Positions 40,831 to 55,152 are shown, numbered from the stretch's first letter. The stretch: 64,000 nucleotides of DNA from Chrysomallon squamiferum (GCA_012295275.1 CM022674.1:14198001-14262000), one strand, 5' to 3'. A program made the numbers and translations. The notes: generated by a model from the sequence alone, not told the origin.

Positions 40831-41178
40831 TGATTGTTAAAGAAAACAGAGAAGGTAAAGAGTTGTTTAAATGATTGTTAAAGAAAACAGAGAAGGTAAA
40901 GAGTTGTTTAAATGATTGTTAAAGAAAACAGAGAAGGTAATGAGTTGTTTAAATGATTGCTAAAGAAAACAGAGACAGGTAAAGAGTTGTTTAAATGATT
41001 GTTAAAGAAAACAGAGAAGGTAATGAGTTGTTTAAATGATTGCTAAAGAAAACCGAGAAGGTAAAAAGTTGTTTAAATGATTGCTAAAGAAAACAGAGAA
41101 GGTAAAGAGTTGTTTAAATGATTGTTAAAGAAAACAGAGAAGGTAAAAAGTTGTTTAAATGATTGCTAAAGAAAACAG
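40831..41178. repeat. 41-bp minisatellite, ~8.5 copies
   Basis: Unit TGATTGYTAAAGAAAACAGAGAAGGTAAAGAGTTGTTTAAA; starts at 40831 and 40872. Confidence 0.97.
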
Positions 41179-41504
41179 CAACAAAAACAAAGTCAACCGC
41201 GTAGCAGCAACGTTACTCAGTTCACAGCGAACTCGCTCGTCCACAAAATTGACTAATCAATGGAGGACATGAAAGATAAAAAAATGAAAAATGAAAATGT
41301 AATTTATTACGTAATTTATTACATTTATCAGCAGTTACAGACGATTAACTTCAGACACTAATATAAAATATGATATCCCAATATCCCGATCAAACCATCA
41401 TACATTTGATCAGTCCGACACAATATACGAGAATTCGTTTTTGACGCCAGGTTGATAACTGATGTGAAACTGAAATTTAAATTAACTCTTAATGTAATGA
41501 CTGT

Positions 41505-41634
41505 GTCTAAATCTGTCTTCTAGTCTAGATCTGTCTTCTAGTCTAAATCTGTCTTCTAGTCTAGACCTGTCTTCTAGTCTAGACCTGATTTCTAGTCTAA
41601 ACCTGTCTTCTAGTCTAAACCTGTCTTCCAGTCT
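41505..41634. repeat. 18-bp minisatellite, ~7 copies
   Basis: Unit GTCTARAYCTGTCTTCTA. Confidence 0.93.
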
Positions 41635-41810
41635 GCTGTTATTTGAGAACTTCAGTTTTTATAACATTTTTTCGACTACTGTTATTTAAGAACATCAGTT
41701 TTTTACACTGCTTTACCGTTATTGCTTTCTTGTTACTGCTGTTCGTACTACTACTACTAACACCGTTACTACAACATTTTTGTTATATTACTACTACTCT
41801 TACTGCTACC

Positions 41811-42428
41811 ACTACTAGTACTATTCTGCAACTATTACTAGTACTATTCTGCAACTAGTACTAGTACTATTCTACAACAACTACTAGTACTATTCTGCAA
41901 CTATTACTAGTACTATTCTACAACAACTACTAGTACTATTCTATAACTACTACTAGTACTATTCTATAACTAGTACTAGTACTATTCTACAACTAGTACT
42001 AGTACTATTCTGCAACTACTACTAGTACTATTCTACAACAACACTATTCTAGTACTAGTACTATTCTATAACTAGTACTAGTACTATTCTACAACTAATA
42101 CTAGTACTATTCTGCAACTACTACTAGTACTATTCTGCAACTATTACTAGTACTATTCTATAACTACTACTAGTACTATTCTGCAACTAGTACTAGTACT
42201 ATTCTATAACTAGTACTAGTACTATTCTATAACTACTACTAGTACTATTCTGCAACTAGTACTAGTACTATTCTATAACTACTACTAGTACTATTCTGCA
42301 ACTATTATTAGTACTATTCTGCAACTAGTACTAGTACTATTCTACAACTACTATTTTACAACTACTACTAGTACTATTCTACAACTACTACTAGTACTAT
42401 TCTACAACTACTACTAGTACTATTCTGC
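41811..42428. repeat. ~23-bp (ACT)n-derived minisatellite, ~27 copies
   Basis: Unit ACTAGTACTATTCTRYAACTABT. Confidence 0.95.
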
Positions 42429-42507
42429 CGTTATACTACAATTTCACGTCTGTTACTACCAGTGCTACTAACACAACTACACTACATCAATAGTTTTTAA
42501 TACTACA

Positions 42508-42540
<33 letters not shown>

Positions 42541-45011
42541 GCTGCTACTACTACTACTAGGAAACTTTGATTCTACAAATCTGTTATCTAAACAGAGCTA
42601 ACAAACATCTCAAGGACATAATTATGTGTTTTCTTTGATACTGATAATGATTAAAATAAGCAAATTAATGAACGCCATAGGAACAAATTTATAATTGATG
42701 AAAAATGGCTGCAGTTGTTTCATGTTAATTAAATTGCGAAACTTGAGTCGTTTTCATTTCTAGTCAACGTTATTCTGAGAAATTTATTTTTAATTATTTA
42801 TTTGTTTGTTTGTTTGTTAGTTTTTTGTTTTGTTTTCTTTTTGTTGTTTGGTTGGTTTATTTATTTACTTTTTTTGTTTGTTTGTTGATTTAGTCATATT
42901 TCACTTTAATTACTAATTATTATTATTATTAATTTTTTTAATTTTTTTTTTGCATTTGAATATTTACTTCTTTGTTTTGTTTGATTCATCTTTTTATTTA
43001 TTATTTTGTTCTTTGTATATTTTGTATTCATTTTTGCATTATTTTATTTACTGGTTTGTTTTTATTTTTTGTATCTCTTATTATTTGTATGTTTTATATT
43101 TATTTGTTTGTTTGTTCATTTTTCATTTTTTTTTTTTTATTTGTTTGTTTTTTGTTCATCTACAAAGAACAGATACCTCAATCATGCTGCAGGAAAAAAA
43201 AAAAATATTAATAAAGAAAAGAATCAAAACAAATCACAAAAAAAACAACAACAAAAAACGACTTTAAAAAATTTAAACGAATTTGTAAATACCTGAAATA
43301 AAATTCATCATCATTAAAAAGAGTTCAAACTGAAGAACACAAAAAGCTAACAGAAACATAACAAACAAGTTAGACAAAGCACAAAAAAAACTAATTTAAA
43401 AAACTCAAACAGCTGCTTTTTCCTACACGTATTCTCGAAAAAATATAAATCCATAATAAGTCTAACTGAGAAGAAGAAGAAGAAGAAGAAATGAAAAAGA
43501 AGAAGAAAAAAGAAGAAGAAGAAAAATGAAAAGAAGAAAAATTAATAAATAACAATAATAATAAAAATCAAAAAGATTAAGGAGGAGATATTAATATATA
43601 TTTCCTTTCTGAACTTGGGCAACAAAACCATCAACATGTAAGACTTTGACTTTATACAAAATAATCTGAATTCTTTATATAACTGTACGACAGTAATAGT
43701 GGTAGAAGAAGAAGTAGTAGTTGTAGTAGTTATAGTAGAAGTAGGAGTAATAATTGTAATAATAGTGGTAATAATAGAAGTAGTAGTTAGTAGTAGTAGT
43801 TGTAGTAGTAATGGTTGTAGTTGTTGTACTGGTAGAAGCTATAGTTGTAGTAAGCATTCTGTGGTAGTTCTAACAGTTTAATGGCGCTAGTAGGTTTTGT
43901 AGTTGTAGAGGTTGTAGTAGTTGGTGTTGTTTTTCAATAACCTCAGGGAACATCGTTCAGAAACATCGAGATTACGAATTACAAATGAGGACAGATCCGT
44001 TAATAAATAATTCAGACTGAAAACATTACAGAAGTCATTATCCACTGTCGATATTTGAACCCGCTACCTGCGCGCCTCGGGCGCGACCGTTAACCTTGAA
44101 ACAACGCCACGGAACACAACAGCTGGAGCGGAAGGTCGGAAAACGTTTTCTGGACATTAACGCATGCGCAGCGTCCACGTAATAACGAAAAAAAAAAGAA
44201 AAAAAAAAAGAAGAACAGCCTGTGTACAACTCGCTGTTACTTCTGAGGAACCGAAGCAAAAAAAAAAAATTAAATTAAATAAATAAAAACAATATATTTA
44301 TATAAATCATTTATGTAAAACGGTCTTTTTTAAACTGTCGTCCTAAACTAACCTGTACATCTAGTAATATTAATGATCGTAAAAAGGCAATAAGGAAATA
44401 AATGAAAGAAAGAAGGAAGGAAAGTAATGGAAAAAAAAAAAAAAAAAAAAAAAAATATATTAAAACAAAAAATAATTTTAAAAAGGGTGGAAATTCTATT
44501 AATCAAACAAAAAAAGAGGACAAGTCTCAATCGTTTTTTTTTTTTTTTTTTTGGAAACATATTCTTAAACTGACATTGATTTATTACAACATACTGAAAT
44601 AGGTGAGTTATTTTCTCTCTAGATAATATTGATTAATCGAGTTTTTAGTCAGGTTGTGTTTCAGCTAAATAATTAGTTAGCGCGTACAGCAAACATTAAT
44701 ACTCTTTGGCTTTTAAACATCAGTAAAACTGTCTTTTAACTAAAGTAAGACTTCCTCCCCCCCAAATAAATGATTATTTTTATCTTTCTCATCTTCAGTT
44801 TTCTTCGTCATCTACATTTTAAATGTACAGGAAAAAGAGAAAGAAATCAGAAAAAATTAAAACAAAGAAGTGGGACAAACAGAGAGAGCGAGAGACAGAA
44901 ACACTATGAGAAAGACAGAAAGAAAAGTAAAGAGAATGAAGAAGATAAGAAGAGTGAGTGAAAGAAACAGAAAGACAGAAAAAGAGAGAAGAAATATAGG
45001 AAAGGCAGAAA

Positions 45012-45300
<289 letters not shown>

Positions 45301-45582
45301 GAAAGTTTAGCCGGAGACAACACGAGACATGGAATATCAAAGTTTAAAGTATACAAACACTCTCCATCCTCCCGGCTGTGTAATTAAAACGCTGCTGTTG
45401 TCGTCGTGGTCAGTGTACTTTGTCACTGCTGTTAGCATCAACATCTGAGTGATTAATTAGCTGAAGTGGACAACGGTCGAGTGGTCAGAGCTGGTCACAG
45501 CTGGACGTAAGTTTATTAAAATTAAAAATTCAAACATATACACTTTGATGTATAGCTATTTTTATGTATGGATAATTTAATG

Positions 45583-45636
<54 letters not shown>

Positions 45637-45936
45637 GTGTGTGCGTCTATATATATAGATATATATTAGTAAGAATATTAGTAGTAGCAGCAGTAGAAGT
45701 CACAGTAGAAGTCACAGTAGTAGTACTAATAGAAATGGTTGTAGTAGTAAAATAAATAGTCGTAGTGGTAATAGTAGTAGTAGTTATAGTAGTAGTTGTG
45801 CTAGCAGTAGCAACAATAATAATAGTAACAGTAATAGTTTGGTAGCTGTAGTACTCACAGAACCAACACCAGTACTAGAAGTAATAATAGTAGTAATAAT
45901 AGTAATAGTAGCAGAAATAATATTGTAATAGTAGTG

Positions 45937-45937
45937 A

Positions 45938-45996
<59 letters not shown>
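45937..45996. repeat. (TAG)n microsatellite ending a TAG-rich low-complexity tract
   Basis: Direct reading of the sequence. Confidence 0.95.
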
Positions 45997-46850
45997 AATT
46001 TTTTATGGTTATAATATAGCAGATGAGTTGCTTTTACAACATGACTGCTTTTGAAGAAATGAGTTGTTTTTTAAAACATGGACTGGAGCTTTTACTGAAT
46101 GTTAGGAGTGATTATCAAAAGGACTCGTCAGTGGAGTTGTCTGAATGTCCCCAGGATTATCAAAGCAGGACTCGTCAGTGTGACTGTCTCGTCCCCCGGG
46201 CTCTTACAGCAGAGAGTACGGTACACGCGGGTCGCTCTCTTTACGTAGAAATGTTGATTAGACTAAATATAGTATGTTACGGAAACGCGTATGTGCCAAA
46301 TCCGGTTCCTTTTCATTTATTTATTTGCTTGTTTACTTATTGAATCTGTGTACTTACTTTCATTTATTTATTTACTTAATTGTGAACTTATTACTATTAT
46401 TTAGCAACAGGAATTCTTACTGCAATTGTAATTTTTAATTATTATGATTATTATACTAGATCGTGTAAAATAAAATAAATAAATGTAATTAATTAATCAA
46501 ATAATGATGATGATGATGATGATAATCAAAAGAAATAGAAGAAGAATGATGACATGATAATGAATAAGATGATGATAATTATAATGATGATCATAATGAT
46601 AATGGCGATTATCATCATCATCATCACTGTCATGATAACAAAACTGTTTATTATCTTTGACATGAATGGGTTTCCGTATCTTTTTTTTGTAATAAAACAT
46701 TAACAGTGATTAACTCTGAAGTTTCGTGTCTGCAGAGATCAGTTTTCGTATAATCGTGTGTGGTGAGTTTGTGAACAGTAACAGATTTTTGTAGTCTAAC
46801 ATGTAATCATTAATCTGTTTGTAAATGTAAAGTGGTGAGTTTTAAAGAAC

Positions 46851-47121
46851 ACTTGTGTTTGTAAATGTAAAGATTTTTTGTAAATGTAAAGATTCTAACT
46901 TGTGTTTGTAAATCATTAGACTTGTGTTTGTAAATGTTAAGATTAAGGCTTAACTAGACTTGTGTTTGTAAATGTAAAGATTAACTAGACTTGTGTTTGT
47001 AAATGTAAAGATTAACTAGACTTGTGTTTGTCTTTGTGTTTGTAAATGTTAAAAACATGTGTTTGTTTTTAACTAGACTTGGGTTTGATCAGGTTTTAAA
47101 GTAAACACGACTTGTGTTTGT
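46851..47121. repeat. 31-bp minisatellite with ragged edges
   Basis: Unit CTTGTGTTTGTAAATGTAAAGATTAACTAGA; starts at 46959, 46990 and 47021. Confidence 0.88.
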
Positions 47122-47561
47122 TTAGATCTCTGGTCAGTTTATGATGTAGTGGGCTGATGGATCACGGTCTGGTCAGTTTATGATGCCCTTAAACTAATTT
47201 CCTGTTCTAATCAGTGCTCCAATTTGTTTGTTTTGTTGTTGTTTTACGAAACTGTATGGTAAATTCTTTCCTGTGTATGAGATATGAAATATCAAAGTTT
47301 TCATCCTGCTAAACGAAGCAAAGGTAATCGCCTCTAAGGCTACAACCAATTTCATTTCTCGCTAACTTCGTTGTCTCTGACTGTATTATATACAGTGCTT
47401 CGAGTAGCTTCGATTACAAATGTTTTAGGTGGTCTTTAAGGAGACTACATTTCCGATAAACGCTAGTTAGGACAGTTCCAAAGATCGAGGAAGATGACAC
47501 TAGATATTTGATTGTTACCTACGAAGACAGTAAACAGTAGATTGAAGCGAAATGTTTGGTC

Positions 47562-47651
47562 GTTGCCTAGGAAACAGAGTACACAGGAGATTAATGATGT
47601 TGGTTCGTAAAGCAGCAAAACGGAAGACGAGGTGGAAGTTTCCATGGTAAC
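47562..47651. promoter_or_regulatory. Pair of RFX X-boxes
   Basis: GTTGCCTAGGAAAC (47562-47575) and GTTTCCATGGTAAC (47638-47651), each a canonical 14-bp X-box. Confidence 0.5.
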
Positions 47652-49979
47652 AGTGTACACGTGAGTGTTCGGGTGAGCAAATGAATAAAACAATAATCAG
47701 AATCTTAAATATCAGAATGTCAAACGTAAAATTTATTTCCATAACTTAAATAAAATATTTATTTTATATAAATGTGCATTCATGCAGCTAAACACCCACA
47801 CACGTGCACACAGTTTAAACCGAACATTCAGAAACTGCAGCTGCGATGTTCGAGTTGAAATCCAGTGTTGTCTCCCCTGATAGCAGCGACTTCACATTTT
47901 ATTTTATAATTAGTAGCTCGCTTTTAGAATAATTAGTAGCTCGCTGTGTAGATGCTGTGTTAATGACTGTGCTGTTAAACAATGAAAACAGACTGAAACG
48001 TTGCACTGTCACACGTAGATGACAGTAAACTTCTGTACACGTCTTAACACACGATATTTACAGCTGTGCATTCATTTCTTCATGTTCTTCATGCAATAAA
48101 GCATTTTCTATACATATGAAGACTGGGACACTGGCTAGAACGGGCAATAACCCTAATGGCGCATTTATTACGACAGATCGTGGCCTACAATCTATTACTG
48201 TAAGTTTTATATTTTTTCAACATTTTTTCTTTTTTATTCTACTTTTTTTTTCCCCTTATTTTATGACAATGGTTAAATGCAGAGTGTTAGAGAGAAAATT
48301 AGAATTACTAAATGTTTACAGGATTTGGTCAAAGCTAGTCAAGAATGAAAAATTCTTAATGACAGTCTCGTTTCGGAGGGGAGGGGGGGTGGATATCACT
48401 GTGAAAAAGAAGAAAATGCTTTTAAATAAATAAAAAAATAAAAAATACACTGACGTGAATAAATCTACGTTGTTTTTTACGGATAAATTCATTTTTTATT
48501 TATTATGTATTTTTTTCTGACTTAGACGATCAAACTGCGCTGATCCTACCAATTCCCAGTTTTTACAATCAAAGATTTTATCTTCGCGCGTAATTTTAGA
48601 TTACGTTTCGTATTAATCTCCGTGCTACCAAAGAGAGCCTCGGCTCAAGAACAAGAGATCGGGTTCAATTACCTAAAATTCAATATTTGTACGAAAAGCT
48701 TCTTGTTTTAATGTTTTTACATCCAGCAGAGACAGACGGGCCGCAATCAGAGGAATCAGTTTATGAAATCGACATTGTTTTTGCGTAGGAACATCCGGTT
48801 TGGCCTCTGCCCGGTTACGTTGAGGCGTGTCTGATAGCAGACGATATTTTGTTTGAAAAGTCCGCGAAGACGAATGATATAAAATATTTACGATTATATA
48901 ACGATTAGTAAAGTGAATGGTTTTCTCCTAACACCGTCAGAGATGGCGTCGATTGCACATTGAGCTAATGCCGTTGTCGCTGCGATATTAAGATAGAAAG
49001 GAAAGAAACGGTAGATACGTCAAATTATAGAAATTGTTCCAACGTTTTAGTTCTTTCTTATTTATTTGTTTGTTTGTTTGTTTTTCTCATTTAATTAATT
49101 TTCTTTCCTTTTTCCTTCTTTCTTTTTCTTATTATTTTTGCTTTTCCTTTTCCGCTTTGCTTCTTTCTTTATTTGTTTTATTTCTTTTCTTCGTTCTGGT
49201 TTCTTCCTTTGTTTTGTTTTTTAATGTTTGCTGTCTGGTTTATTGAAAGAAAATAATGTTTTAGTCTTTTTGTGAGATTAGTTGCTTTAACACAGCAACA
49301 ACAATAACAACAGCACCGACAGTAACAACAACGACAGCAACAACCACAACCACAATGTGGTTCTTTTCTGGATAAATTCCACAGTCAAACATTTCACTTA
49401 TTTCAGCTCACTCTCTCTCTTCTCTTTTTATTTTCTATTATTTATTTATTTTTGGTTTGTTGTTGTTGTTGTTGTTTTTATCAGTCAGGTTCGACATGCA
49501 CAACGATGTTAAAATTCCTGTTACAAGACTAACGACGTCAGCTTGTGAACCTTTGTTTTGTGATAAATCATTTGAAAATCACCATGGACGACTGTTAACA
49601 GACAGTTACAAACCTAACAAACTTTGTTGTTCTCTGGCCAAGTTCTGAGTCAAGAAATGAGTGATAGCTTGGTAGTCCTCGTTTTGCTATTTCCCATTCT
49701 AACAAAACCAACAACAACAACAACAGTAATAATAGTCGTAGTAGTAGCAATAATGGTAGTAGTTGTAGCTAAAGTAGTAGTAGTGGTAGTAGTAGAGTTG
49801 TTGTAGTAGTAGTAGTAATAGTGGACAGTTTGTATATTTTAAGTAAACGGTTTATTTAAACTATGGTTTCACAATATTTTTGTAAACATTGTTTCATGGA
49901 AGGATCTGCGTGTTTCACTAAACTATTTTACTTCAGCTGCGACTGGTCGAGGTTTCAGCGCTGTTTGGTTACTTGTAAA

Positions 49980-50434
49980 ATAAATTTGTTTGTTTACAAC
50001 TACACAAATATACACTTTCCATGTAAAACAAATTGCTTTACATAAACGTAGAACTACAAATCTTAAATAAATTTGTTTACAATTAGACAAATACAAACAA
50101 ATGTGTAATTTGCTTAAACTCATATGTAACTGATACTTTGAAGTAAATACGTTTACAGTTACATAAATACAAATTAATGGTACAAAAGCGTTTGTTTATT
50201 AAAATAATAATATTAAAATTAAATAAATATTAGTTACAATTACTTAAATACAAACAAGGTGTATGTAACAAATTTGTTATTACACTGTATACAGTTTTCA
50301 GTAAATTTGTTTACAATTACATAAATTCAAACTACTCGAGTAAAACTAACTGATTTACCAAAGTATCACTGTTAAATTTGTTTACATAAATATATAGTTA
50401 TCAGTGTTAAATAAATATTATTTTCAATTACTTA
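49980..50434. repeat. Old degenerate tandem repeat rich in TGTTTAC
   Basis: Recurring AAATTTGTTTACAATTACATAAATACAAAC-like blocks roughly every 70-80 bp. Confidence 0.6.
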
Positions 50435-51062
50435 AGCAGGAACTGTTGGAGTAAAATAATGCTATACCTGCTGTCAGCGAGAGAGCGGGGAGTTTGGTGT
50501 TGTTCAAGAGAGATCAGTTTAACAGCCAGCTGGTTTTATTAATTCACTCAGCCGTAAACTGAATCTGACTTCTTCGTGGATGGACTCTTTGGTTCCACAG
50601 ACAAACACACTGACACAGGACGAATGTGCCGAGTCTCTCGGGAAATGAAGTATATGAGTTCGACGCATGCGCACTCAATCTGTTGCAGTGGACGTGAGGC
50701 GTGTGAAGAGAAAATTGACTGATTGATTGATATGTGAGGAGTTGTAAACACTGAGATGTAGACGCTGTGATGTAGACATTGTGATGTCGAAGCACGGTGG
50801 TAGATGAAATAAAACTGCAGCGGACAAAATAAAATTTCGTTACAGTATTAATAACGAAAAAGGAATTAAAAAAAACCCCACAATATTTATTTTATTGCTT
50901 TGTAAAGTTTTTATGAAACAGCTCTGACATGATTAATGTTTTAACCTGTACAGAACAACTGTTACCAGTTCAAACTTCCACTTTATTTATTTCTTCTTCT
51001 TCTTTTTGTATCTGTTTTATTACTTTGTAGAATACGTGACTGAAATGCAGTCATTCGTTTTA

Positions 51063-51066
<4 letters not shown>

Positions 51067-51127
<61 letters not shown>

Positions 51128-51192
51128 CGTTATCATCATCATTATTATCATACTCATCGTTATTATAATTGTTATCATCAGTATTATTATTA
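51067..51192. repeat. (TTA)n microsatellite with a degenerate tail
   Basis: Direct reading of the sequence. Confidence 0.92.
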
Positions 51193-51898
51193 TACTGTTT
51201 CAAATACATAGCTGTATTAAATATACTAATAGTTCCTATCAGTGAATTCATTTTTTTGTTTTTCTTTTGTGTCTTTTGTTTTTTGTTTTCTTTTGTTCTT
51301 TATTTATTTATTTATTTTTGTTTTGTTTCTGCTCTTAGAAGCAATTTTTTGCTTAGAACACAGCGATATAAAACCTGTTGTGTTCTTTAAACGAAATCAG
51401 TGTTATGAATATATGATTAGTATAACTTAAAGCTAACACAAAGAGCGGGACACATTTTTATAAAACAGTAAATTAGCCGAGAACGGAAGCCAATCAACCA
51501 AGTCTTGTCGCCATATTGGCAATTAGAGTAGCCGGCCTTTGATTCGTGTTACAAATGTGTCCGTCCAGGCAGGAAGTTGTTAAGCGTGTTTGTCCCTCTA
51601 TCAGGTCAGCTCCCCCTAACGACACGGCTCATTGTAAAGGGGAATAATTCGTGATTTATGCTGGTGTGATGAGATATTGATTTGGAAATCAAAAGCCGAC
51701 AACACTGAAAGTAACTTTGTTAATTAGTGTCGATTTCATGGCTGACGGAGTTAAATTTGTCGCCAAGAACGAGGAACAATGCCAGTGTTGAGAGAATGTC
51801 GAGTCAGTTTGGTCTCAGGTTACTGAAAGGTCATGTCCTCAAAACAAAGACAGAGGTGAAAGCGAGAAAGTCGACCAACGAGGGATAAAGATAGATAA

Positions 51899-51963
<65 letters not shown>

Positions 51964-51968
51964 TAGAC

Positions 51969-52011
<43 letters not shown>
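51899..52011. repeat. (CAGA)n microsatellite
   Basis: Direct reading of the sequence. Confidence 0.97.
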
Positions 52012-52017
<6 letters not shown>

Positions 52018-52505
52018 ATGGTACAGTCCGTCTTACGCGCCTTTCCTATTTCTTGGCGACTGATGTTTATTTTTATTATTATTGTCTTGTTGTTGTAATC
52101 ATCATCATCATCATCATCATCATAACGATTATTTCCAGCAGAATGATGGCAGTCTCTTTTATCAAAACATTGATTTGTACTTAAATTTGGTTTAATGTAA
52201 ATTTGCTGAAGACAGATAAATGCGCTGTAACGGAAATAATTACCAGTGACAAGAGTTTTGATAACGCCCCCTTAAATAAACGGAGACGATCTCAACTTCA
52301 GATCAATGCAGACAGGATGTTTGTGTTTTACAATGTTGATGTGCATGTGTTGATTATTGACTGTTTTAGAGATGATCACGTGATCATAGATTCACTGCAT
52401 GTTGATACTGACTAAACTGACGTCACAATTATTACATTGCTCTTCCGTCATTACGCTTGTCTTACTACCCTGTGTCGTGTTGTTTTGTGTTCTTGCGTTA
52501 TTCTG

Positions 52506-52863
52506 TAATGTTGTATTACATTATTGTGTTATGTCGTATTACGTATTGTTTAATGTTGTATTACATTATTGTTATGTCGTATTACGTATTGTTTAATGTT
52601 GTATTACATTATTGTTATGTCGTATTACGTATTGTTTAATGTTGTATTACATTATTGTGTTATGTCGTATTACGTATTGTTTAATGTTGTATTACATTAT
52701 TGTGTTATGTCGTATTACGTATTGTTTAATGTTGTATTACATTATTGTGTTATGTCGTATTACGTATTGTTTAATGTTGTATTACATTATTGTGTTATGT
52801 CGTATTACGTATTGTTTAATGTTGTATTACATTATTGTGTTATGTTGTATTACATTATTGTGT
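52506..52863. repeat. 45/43-bp minisatellite, ~8 copies
   Basis: Unit TAATGTTGTATTACATTATTGT(GT)TATGTCGTATTACGTATTGTT. Confidence 0.95.
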
Positions 52864-53625
52864 CATGTATTACGTTATTTTGTGTTATGTTGTAATATAT
52901 TACTCAGTGGTTTTTAGTACACAAATGTGTTTACGTTACGTTTTGTTATAGTATTACCTTTCGTTACGACATAGTATTCCGTTACGTAATGGTACAGTAT
53001 TAAGTTGCACAATGTTGCATAATTCTTTATGTAGTGTGTCGTCACACTGAATAAAGAAGAACGATACTGTAACAGTGTATAACATAAAATTCGCAAACTA
53101 ATTATACTACAGATAGTCTCTTCTTTTCTCATCTCCAGTCTCAGTAGAACTGTTAGTGGATAAATCAGAGTGGTACTGTATACAAAGCTTGAAACAGTTG
53201 GGTGTAATTACAAACAGCTAGATCGGTTCGTTTAGCAGCGACGATGAATTTAAAAGTATTTCTGTGAACAAACCTGTCTGAGTATCATCTACCGCCGAAT
53301 CTCGCAGAAATGACAAAATAACTGAGAGTAATTAATTCTTTGAGTATTAATCCAGTGTAAAACACAACTACACTTTGCTTCATCGTAAATCTACTGATCA
53401 TTCTGAAAACAGAGAAGAATGAACTGAAAGTTACGTTTAGAGGTTCAGCTGAGGATGGGTAATGACTAAACATACTTGTCTCTGCCACATCGATTTTTCC
53501 TGTTACACCATGACAGATTTTTCAGTCTACAAAACTGTAGATGGAGAAGTCTACAAAACGTCATCCTATCCTGTCTACAACATGGTGGGGCAATAGTAGC
53601 GATAATAATCTTAAATAATTGAAGA

Positions 53626-53663
53626 AATAATAATAATAGTAGTAGTAGTAGTAGTAATAATAA

Positions 53664-53747
<84 letters not shown>

Positions 53748-53790
53748 TAATAATAATAATAATAATAATAACAACAATAATAATAATGAT
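53626..53790. repeat. (AAT)n/(AGT)n microsatellite
   Basis: Direct reading of the sequence. Confidence 0.95.
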
Positions 53791-54023
53791 AAAAGTTGTA
53801 ACTGACATCTACAAATCTCCAGACAGTACACAGGTTAAGGAAGCGTTGTCTGTAATAATCACGATGGTGCTGTCTACAAATTTTAAGATACAATTAATCT
53901 ACAAAACGTAGATATTAACGTCTGCACAACTTAGCATCGTAATTTCTACAAAACTGAACATAATAATTTTTAACCACATTATGAAAAAAAAAAAAAAAAA
54001 ACCAAAGAATAATCTGTGACAGG

Positions 54024-54557
54024 CAAGTTAGTAAAGATAACTAGACAAGTAAGTAAAGATAACTAGACAAGTTAGTAAAGATAACTAGACAAGTAAGTAA
54101 AGATAACTAGACAAGTAAGTAAAGATAACTAGACAAGTTAGTAAAGATAACTAGACAAGTTAGTAAAGATAACTAGACAAGTAAGTAAAGATAACTAGAC
54201 AAGTAAGTCAAGATAACTAGACAAGTAAGTAAAGATAACTAGACAAGTAAGTAAAGATAACTAGACAAGTAAGTAAAGATAACTAGACAAGTAAGTAAAG
54301 ATAACTAGACAAGTAAGTAAAGATAACTAGACAAGTAAGTAAAGATAACTAGACAAGTAAGTAAAGATAACTAGACAAGTAAGTAAAGATAACTAGACAA
54401 GTAAGTAAAGATAACTAGACAAGTAAGTAAAGATAACTAGACAAGTAAAGATAACTAGACAAGTAAGTAAGATAACTAGACAAGTTAGTAAAGATAACTA
54501 GACAAGTAAGTAAAGATAACTAGACAAGTTAGTAAAGATAACTAGACAAGTAAGTCA
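54024..54557. repeat. 22-bp minisatellite, ~24 copies
   Basis: Unit CAAGTWAGTAAAGATAACTAGA; CTAGACAAG at 54041 and 54063. Confidence 0.97.
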
Positions 54558-55152
54558 GCTATTAAGACAAAAACACGTTACTGTTACGTGTCCTACTACG
54601 TTTTCTGCTGCTGCAACACTAGCTGCCAACAACTAGTAGTATTTTACTATTACTACCACCACCACTACAACAACGACCACCACAAGTACTACTACTACTT
54701 AATCAGTGACATTGCTGCTGCTACCACCACCGCCATCACGACCACCACTACTACTACTACTACTACTACACTTGTATTGTCAATCGTATTCCTAATATTT
54801 GACTACTTCTACTACAACTGCTTCAAATATGACTACTTCGACTTTTGCTGCTGCAACTACTACTGCTTTTGTTGCTATTATTACCACGGTTTTTACAATT
54901 ACAACAGCTACGTCTCTTCAACGTAAAAACACAAATGAAACAGTAGAAGCAGGTGAATGTATGAGTCGACATTTCACTGGAATCCGTCCGCGCGTCCGTT
55001 CACTTCAGCTAATTAATTACACAGACGTCTGTTCCTGTCAGCACCAATCATCCATTGACGTCAACAGCGGGGACAAAGTGCACTGACCACAACTACAACA
55101 GCAGCGTTTTAATTACGTAGTAATAATCACTTGTGATAAACATGTAGTATAC

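Noticed and set aside
45324-47300. 22-nt near-identical pair GAGAYATGRAATATCAAAGTTT (45324, 47279)
   Set aside because: Similarity does not extend into the flanks; too short to call a repeat family.
48727-48908. Protein-like reading ETDGPQSEESVYEIDIVFA*EHPVWPLPGYVEACLIADDILFEKSAK...
   Set aside because: In-frame stop, no donor before the next stop, and no recognisable family.
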